Source: an uncultured Bacteroidales bacterium (GTDB taxonomy: Bacteria; Bacteroidota; Bacteroidia; Bacteroidales; VadinHA17). Taken from it: DNA of 64,000 bases. A program made the translations under genes and the position numbers. The stretch covers positions 342,356 through 406,355 of the forward strand of contig CAWJAW010000006.1 of the NCBI GenBank assembly GCA_963840965.1. The letters are read 5' to 3'. The notes under the pieces are model-generated. The model saw only the letters and a program-made list of their open reading frames with translations, made no database searches and had not been told where the DNA came from. This document shows, one piece after another, positions 58,477 to 64,000 of the stretch (its first letter is position 1; every line of letters begins with the position of its first letter).

Positions 58477-59637
58477 ATGAAAAAGGTTTTTCTGCTACTT
58501 GCAGTTATTTCTATCTCCGCTGCTACATTTGCCCAGAAGGGTAAAGTAACGAGCGCCCTCACGTTGATCGAGCAGGGATCTCTTGACAAGGCCAAAGAAG
58601 CACTCGACCAGGCAATGACACATCCCAAATCGATGAACTGGTTCAATACTTACTTTGCCAAGGGTAAACTTGCTCAAGCCGTTTTCAAATCGGACAATCC
58701 GACATTCAAGGCATACTATACCGATCCCCTCAGCGAAGCTTATGCCGCTTATGAAAAATCAATGGAACTCGATGACAAGGGAGGCGCTAAAAAGAAGATC
58801 ATTACAGGCATGGTTTACAACTCGCTTGCACTCGACCTCTACTCACAGGGTGGACAGCTGTTCGAGGCAGGAGATTATGCAGGTGCCCTGAAATCATTCG
58901 AAACCCAGATCGCTATCACTGAAAGCGATAATTATGTTGGGGTTACAGATACGGGAATGTATTACAATGCCGGGTTGGCAGCGATGAATGCAAAAGATCA
59001 TCAGAAAGCGATTAAGTATTTCGAAAAATGCGCCGAAATGCAATACCAGGGTATCAATCCCTACTTTCAGATATCTCAGAACTATCTTGAAATGGGAGAT
59101 ACAACAAAGGCAGAGACTATACTTGTTGACCTTCGTAACAAATACTCAGATGACAAGAATGTCACTCTCCAGCTTATCGATCTTTACATCAAAGCCGGTA
59201 AGAACAAGGAAGCTCTGGAGAACCTTGCTATTGCCAGGGCAAATGATCCCGATAATTACAGCCTGCACTTTGCTGAAGGTATTATCTACCTGAACGAAGA
59301 CAGATTCGATGAGGCAATTGAAAGACTTACAAAATCAGTCGAGCTGAAATCTGATTTCTACGACAGCCAGTACGGACTCGGGGCTTCATTTATCAACAAG
59401 GCTTCAGATATGTTCGCCAAGGCTAATGATATAATGGATGTCAACGAATACAACAAGGCTATTGATGCAGCCATGGCTGTATTTGCAAAAGCTCTTCCTT
59501 ACATGGAGAAAGCCAATGAATTGAAACCTGATGATATTTTCGCCATGAGGAGCCTCAGGGAACTTTACTACCGGCTCAAGATGACAGAAAAATATGATGC
59601 TGTTAAGGCTAAACTTGATACCTTGGAACAACAGTAA
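58477..59637 (+). CDS. Tetratricopeptide-repeat protein, secreted
   Basis: Signal peptide and TPR-like helical repeats. It sits in the conserved position after gyrA. Confidence 0.75.
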   Translation: MKKVFLLLAVISISAATFAQKGKVTSALTLIEQGSLDKAKEALDQAMTHPKSMNWFNTYFAKGKLAQAVFKSDNPTFKAYYTDPLSEAYAAYEKSMELDDKGGAKKKIITGMVYNSLALDLYSQGGQLFEAGDYAGALKSFETQIAITESDNYVGVTDTGMYYNAGLAAMNAKDHQKAIKYFEKCAEMQYQGINPYFQISQNYLEMGDTTKAETILVDLRNKYSDDKNVTLQLIDLYIKAGKNKEALENLAIARANDPDNYSLHFAEGIIYLNEDRFDEAIERLTKSVELKSDFYDSQYGLGASFINKASDMFAKANDIMDVNEYNKAIDAAMAVFAKALPYMEKANELKPDDIFAMRSLRELYYRLKMTEKYDAVKAKLDTLEQQ

Positions 59638-59673
59638 TCCCAAAAAGATTAGTTACTGTAAAATATTGGGAAG

Positions 59674-59706
59674 AGCCTTTCCGTTAAACGGAGAGGCTTT
59701 TTCTAT
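59674..59706 (+). terminator. Intrinsic terminator after the TPR gene
   Basis: AGCCTTTCCGT-TAA-ACGGAGAGGCT (one G-U pair), followed by TTTTTCTATTTT. Confidence 0.8.
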
Positions 59707-59738
59707 TTTATTGCCTAACCTCACGAAAATTCCGGATC

Positions 59739-60557
59739 ATGAATAAAATTCTCTGCTCTTTCTTTTTGTCCATTATTATCTTCTCGGCCGGTTGTACCAA
59801 ACAGGATAATCCCGAACCCGGAGACCCGGGCAAGGTTATCGTCCTGATGTATCACAGGATTGTAAAAGGGGAGGCCACCAACCTGTATGAAAGGAGTCTG
59901 GAAAATCTCGAAGCCGATCTTTTGTATCTTGACAATAACAATATTAAGGTAATCAGCTTTGCAGACCTGGGTGAATTCAGTGAACAGGGATCAATACCTG
60001 AGGGAAATTATGCAATCATAACCTTTGACGATGGCGATAGCTCATGGTATACGCTTGTGCGTCAATTACTTATTGAGTATAATATGAAGGCTGCATTCTT
60101 TCTTTGGACATATAAGATCGGTAGTGATTCATTCATGACATGGGAAGAAGTTGAAGACATGAGCAACTATATGGTAAAGGGTGGCGAAAGGCCATTCACT
60201 TTCGGATCTCATTCATATTCACATACATATCTTTACGACAACAGAAACAGATATGCTACCCTTGCTGAATATCAGAGTTTTCTTGATTATGAACTGGGAA
60301 GGTCAAAAGAAATAATTGAACAGCATGCACCCGGTGATGTTAATGTTTTTTCACTTCCTTACGGAAACGGTGCCGGTGATTCGGAAATAATTGCAGCAGC
60401 AGAGCGAAACGGTTATAAATTTATCCGCACCTCAATCTGGTCAGCCATTGATAATACAAATCTTGATCTGATGGTGATTCCGAGTCTGCCGATGCTTGAT
60501 GCGGCAGAGCCCGACCTGATAGGGTACTACCTGGGCATTTCAGAGACCTATAATTAA
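59739..60557 (+). CDS. Polysaccharide deacetylase (NodB-homology) lipoprotein
   Basis: Lipoprotein signal IFSAGC, ITFDDGDSSWY, HSYSH. Confidence 0.85.
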   Translation: MNKILCSFFLSIIIFSAGCTKQDNPEPGDPGKVIVLMYHRIVKGEATNLYERSLENLEADLLYLDNNNIKVISFADLGEFSEQGSIPEGNYAIITFDDGDSSWYTLVRQLLIEYNMKAAFFLWTYKIGSDSFMTWEEVEDMSNYMVKGGERPFTFGSHSYSHTYLYDNRNRYATLAEYQSFLDYELGRSKEIIEQHAPGDVNVFSLPYGNGAGDSEIIAAAERNGYKFIRTSIWSAIDNTNLDLMVIPSLPMLDAAEPDLIGYYLGISETYN

Positions 60558-61096
60558 TACTTCATCTTATCGAACAAACAAACGGTAGGGGAAACCAACA
60601 TAATCATTTTCCTCAGCCTGAAATTCAAATATATTCTATTTTACATAATATTAATTATAGGAAATATATCCAAGCCATTTCAGACTGGTGTGAATGTCAT
60701 GCAAGTCCTGCTAGCGTAGTGATACCATTGTTTAAATAAAGGATCCATACGGATTTCTCGGTGAACACGGGTAATGCGCGGATTGTCTCAAATAATAAAA
60801 TCAGTGATATCAGTGAAATCCGTGGTAAAATAACACAAACCAGATTAGATTTTTCCCAGTTAGTCCAGATCTTTCTAACCCTGGTTAAAGCAAAAAGATG
60901 CGTTAGTGCGGTAAATATAAAAAATCAATTTTATATATTGTTAATAGTCAGCAATCTAAAAAGTTCAAAATTCAATTTTCAGGGCCCCTCCCCTTCCGAA
61001 ACAGCAAAAAAAACGACCGTATAACTATATCGCATTGATAATAAGTACATTACCAATTACAAATAATAGTCTACAGCCGTTCCCACTTAATTTCTT

Positions 61097-61168
61097 AACG
61101 CCTCAATGCCGTCACGCCTTAACGCCTTTATGCCGTTATGCCGTTATTCGGTACCGCCGTCACGCCTT
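61097..61168. repeat. About 9 imperfect copies of an 8-bp tandem unit (NAYGCCKT)
   Basis: Units read directly: AACGCCTC AATGCCGT CACGCCTT AACGCCTT TATGCCGT TATGCCGT TATTCGGT ACCGCCGT CACGCCTT. The last unit overlaps the final codons and stop of the dehydrogenase gene. Confidence 0.85.
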
Positions 61169-62794
61169 CCTTATCTCGTCCTTCAATCTCTGAATATGCC
61201 CGCGGCCAAGTCCTTTGACTTCACAGCCAAGCTGGAAGTATCTCCTGATATTGTCATCAGATAATATACCGAAGCAATCGATTATGGCTGCAGGTCTGCC
61301 AATTTTTTTCACGACTTTATCGGGATCAAGGCCGAGATATGCCTTGTGAGGTACTGCCAGAATGACTGCATCAGCATCCCTGAGGGCTTTGTCGAGATTC
61401 TCCTGAACCTTTATCTCCTTAAGCTTATCCTGGTTCCTGAAGAACCGGGCTTTACTTTGTCCTACGCCAGGAAAAGTATCCTGCTGTTCAAATTCCCACC
61501 AGTGTTCTACATAAGGATCATGTACACGGATCTCGGCACCCATTTCAGCAAGTTTCCTTATAACTACTTCCGATCCGCTGTAACGGGTATCACCAACATC
61601 TTCACGGTATGCAGCTCCCAGCACCAGTATTTCTGCACCTGCTATCGGCTGTCCCATATTCCTGAGCGCGTCGCGGGTGAGCTGACCGACGTGTAGACCC
61701 CTGGTATCATTAATATCAATTGCCATCGGGGTAATCTTGAAGATATCATCCTCAAAACCAAGTATATGCTTGTAAGCCCAGAGTCCCAGACCGCCGTCCT
61801 TGGGAAGACAGTATCCCCCGATTCCGGGTCCCGGAAATATCATGTTACTGTGTGTCGGACGTACCTTTATCGCTTTGATAACCTTGATAAGGTCAACGCC
61901 GTTCCTTTCGGCGAAGAGGCTCCACTCATCCAGGAAAGCCAGGATAGTTGCCCGGTAGCTGTTCTCGACTATCTTGGCAGTCTCCGATTCAATGGGCCTG
62001 TCCATGACAGTCAGCGGAAATTTTTCAGTATTAAGTACTTCCGTCAGGAATTTCTCAACCCTTTGTTTTGCCTTTTCATTAATTCCGCTGCACACTCTCC
62101 AGAAATCGCGGATGCTGGCCACATAATTCTTACCCGGCATCACTCTCTCGTAGCTGTGCGCCAGAAGCGGATCGGTCTTGATACCTCTTTTCCTGAACAC
62201 CTTCTTCATTATAGGATAGGCCACCTGTTCAGTTGTTCCGGGCGCCACCGTCGTTTCGATCAGGACAAGAGCTTCGGCAGGGATATGTTCCGCAATGACA
62301 TGCAGTGAAGCTTCAAGGGCTGCCATATCAGTCTCGCCGGTACGCACGTTCCCAAGTTCTTCCTTAATATAATCGCACTGCACATCAACAACAACCACAT
62401 CGGCAAGCTTCAGAACATCATATGTATAAGTTGCGATCAGCGTTTTCTTTAGGTTGACGCACCTTGCAATCATGGGATCCACTTCGGGGTCTTCAGCCTT
62501 AACCGGTGAGACTCCCCTGTTCAGAAGGGGAATCTTCCAAAAGCTTCTCGGGCTTGGGCGCTGCATGCCAATCACAAACTTAGAAGGGTTGCCATTCTTG
62601 TCAACAGTGTCGGCAACGATGGCAGCCATGACTGCACCCACAAAGCCTACTCCCATCACCACGACGATCTCCCGTCCCTTGGAGCGTTCCTTTTCAACAC
62701 GTTTTTTGATGGTCTCGAATTCCTTAACATAATCCTCAGGTTTTGGCAGCGCGAATTTCTCTCCTGCCGGACTGACTGAATACTTCTCACTCAT
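61160..62794 (-). CDS. Nucleotide-sugar dehydrogenase (UDP-glucose/GDP-mannose dehydrogenase family), long form
   Basis: VVVMGVGFVGAVMAA Rossmann motif and the catalytic GIGGYCLPKDG. At 544 aa it has about 40 extra N-terminal residues. Confidence 0.85.
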   Translation of the reverse strand: MSEKYSVSPAGEKFALPKPEDYVKEFETIKKRVEKERSKGREIVVVMGVGFVGAVMAAIVADTVDKNGNPSKFVIGMQRPSPRSFWKIPLLNRGVSPVKAEDPEVDPMIARCVNLKKTLIATYTYDVLKLADVVVVDVQCDYIKEELGNVRTGETDMAALEASLHVIAEHIPAEALVLIETTVAPGTTEQVAYPIMKKVFRKRGIKTDPLLAHSYERVMPGKNYVASIRDFWRVCSGINEKAKQRVEKFLTEVLNTEKFPLTVMDRPIESETAKIVENSYRATILAFLDEWSLFAERNGVDLIKVIKAIKVRPTHSNMIFPGPGIGGYCLPKDGGLGLWAYKHILGFEDDIFKITPMAIDINDTRGLHVGQLTRDALRNMGQPIAGAEILVLGAAYREDVGDTRYSGSEVVIRKLAEMGAEIRVHDPYVEHWWEFEQQDTFPGVGQSKARFFRNQDKLKEIKVQENLDKALRDADAVILAVPHKAYLGLDPDKVVKKIGRPAAIIDCFGILSDDNIRRYFQLGCEVKGLGRGHIQRLKDEIRKA

Positions 62795-62940
62795 ATGGGG
62801 TTAATTTGGTTCTGGTTTATTATTTGAAAAAATCTACATAACAGCCTGAATCCGTGAATGGACTGTCAATCCTCTATTACGGACAAAATATCAAGTTATT
62901 GTGCCTCCACGCATAAAATTGAATCTGTACTTTATCAATT

Positions 62941-63999
62941 TCAAATGGTTTTAAGAATATCCCTTAAAAGACCGTCGAAATCGAGAGCGTTATCGGGCCG
63001 GTGTGAAAATCCGAGAACCACAACAACAAGCTCACTGGAGGGCAATATGAAAATCATCTGCCCGTCGTGCCCCTGACATGAGTACATGTCTTCGGGCGCT
63101 GACGGATAATCCCGGCTCCTGTTAAGCCAGAAAAGAGCGCCATACTCCCCCTCACTGGCAGATGCAGGAGTATGTGTATAATCAACCCACCCTTCAGGAA
63201 GAATTCTTTCGCCGCAAAAGACTCCGTCGTTAAGATAAAGCAACCCGAACCTTGCATAATCGCGTGCCGTCGCGTAAAGATATGATGAACCAACAAGGTC
63301 ACCAGACGGATCGACTTCAAAGACAGCATTGGTAATTCCTATCTTTTCAAGCAGCTTGTCATGAACAAAAGCATAACATGAGGTATCGCTATCAAATTCA
63401 TTTCTGATGAGACTTGTAAGAATGTTGGCAGTCCCTGAGGAATAATTCCATTGGGTTCCTGCAGGATGTACCATCGGCTTGTTAACAGCGAAACTGCTCA
63501 TGTCACCCTTGTCAAAAAGCATCAGGTTCACATCCGACCTGCTTCCATAATCCTCGTTCCACTCCAGACCGCTTTGCATCTGCAGAAGGTCGTTTAGAGT
63601 GATAAGGCTCCGCTCGTCATCTTTCCATTCCTCTATCCCGGCTGGCTCCGAAATATCCATTTTCCCCATCCCGGCAAGAACGCCGGCAATAGCATTTATA
63701 AAACTCTTAGCCATCGACCAGCTGAGAAAGCGGGTATCCTTGCCGAGTCCTGACCTGTATTTCTCTGCTACAGGTATCCCTTTGTGGAGGACAACAAAAG
63801 CAAACGGTATTCCGCCATACGCGGTGTCATCCACCAGTTTCCATGCGATTTCAGTTATGGCAGTCCTGTCAATGCCCGTGTCGACGGTATCGGGCATCAT
63901 ATCTCCCAAGGGCCATGCAGTTGTACCGCGAATATAGCCGGGATCGGTATCTGCCGCATAAACTTTTCTTTTGAGCTCTTCCACAGATACATCCTTCAC
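62941..63999 (-). CDS. Serine hydrolase (beta-lactamase/transpeptidase-like family), probably 5'-truncated by the window edge
   Basis: S-x-x-K motif (SWSMAKS). The ORF is open to the window end, and the GTG at 63999 may not be the true start. Confidence 0.75.
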   Translation of the reverse strand: MKDVSVEELKRKVYAADTDPGYIRGTTAWPLGDMMPDTVDTGIDRTAITEIAWKLVDDTAYGGIPFAFVVLHKGIPVAEKYRSGLGKDTRFLSWSMAKSFINAIAGVLAGMGKMDISEPAGIEEWKDDERSLITLNDLLQMQSGLEWNEDYGSRSDVNLMLFDKGDMSSFAVNKPMVHPAGTQWNYSSGTANILTSLIRNEFDSDTSCYAFVHDKLLEKIGITNAVFEVDPSGDLVGSSYLYATARDYARFGLLYLNDGVFCGERILPEGWVDYTHTPASASEGEYGALFWLNRSRDYPSAPEDMYSCQGHDGQMIFILPSSELVVVVLGFSHRPDNALDFDGLLRDILKTI

Positions 64000-64000
64000 C

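Noticed and set aside
60761-61024. An 87-aa GTG-initiated ORF in the AT-rich convergent spacer.
   Set aside because: It has low-complexity, Lys/Asn/Ile-rich composition and no recognisable motif. It lies over short DNA repeats and is more likely non-coding.
60744-62862. The imperfect inverted match (TCCATACGGATT / AATCCGTGAATGGA) flanking the dehydrogenase gene, as terminal inverted repeats of a mobile element.
   Set aside because: The match is only about 12 nt with an indel. There is no transposase and no target-site duplication, so chance similarity cannot be excluded. It is kept only as a note within the spacer finding.

Overview
The window looks like a Bacteroidota chromosome segment. 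This is inferred from rpmB-rpmG-DUF4295-ftsY synteny, recurrent TATATTTG (TAnnTTTG-type) -7 boxes, gyrA followed by a TPR lipoprotein, and Ser-type sulfatases with an anSME. It is densely coding, and I saw no transposase, integrase, CRISPR array or rRNA. From 19510 down to 1 everything lies on the minus strand, in three parts. (i) 13259-19510 is a tightly overlapping five-gene terpenoid operon: 2x[4Fe-4S] protein, radical SAM, DUF116-polyprenyl synthase fusion, half-size prenyltransferase-like toroid, and a squalene-hopene-cyclase-like class II cyclase. No squalene synthase is present. (ii) 11277-13078 is a LytS-like/LytTR two-component pair. (iii) 1-11127 is a nine-gene operon: four PQQ-like beta-propeller proteins, an NHL propeller, a small Cys-rich exported or anchored peptide, a Tat-signal NapG-like polyferredoxin, a NapH-like membrane polyferredoxin, and a fused NuoE/NuoF flavoprotein. 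Parts (i) and (iii) are my best candidates for undescribed systems. Next comes a sulfated-glycan island at 19706-32265: phosphotriesterase-like protein, four Ser-type sulfatases, an anSME with a SEC-C tail, a Tat-signal Gfo/Idh/MocA oxidoreductase and a GH3. A decayed patch at 32491-36630 holds a nonsense/frameshifted beta-barrel gene and a truncated SiaA-like sensor phosphatase beside intact SiaB/SiaC-like genes. The rest is housekeeping: mnmE, an MMPL/LolA-like/beta-barrel operon, sucD, fabG, an M48 peptidase, tRNA-Thr(CGT), tRNA-Gly(CCC), cinA, rpmB, rpmG, ftsY, rimO, clpC, gyrA and others. All family assignments come from reading motifs by eye; no searches were run.
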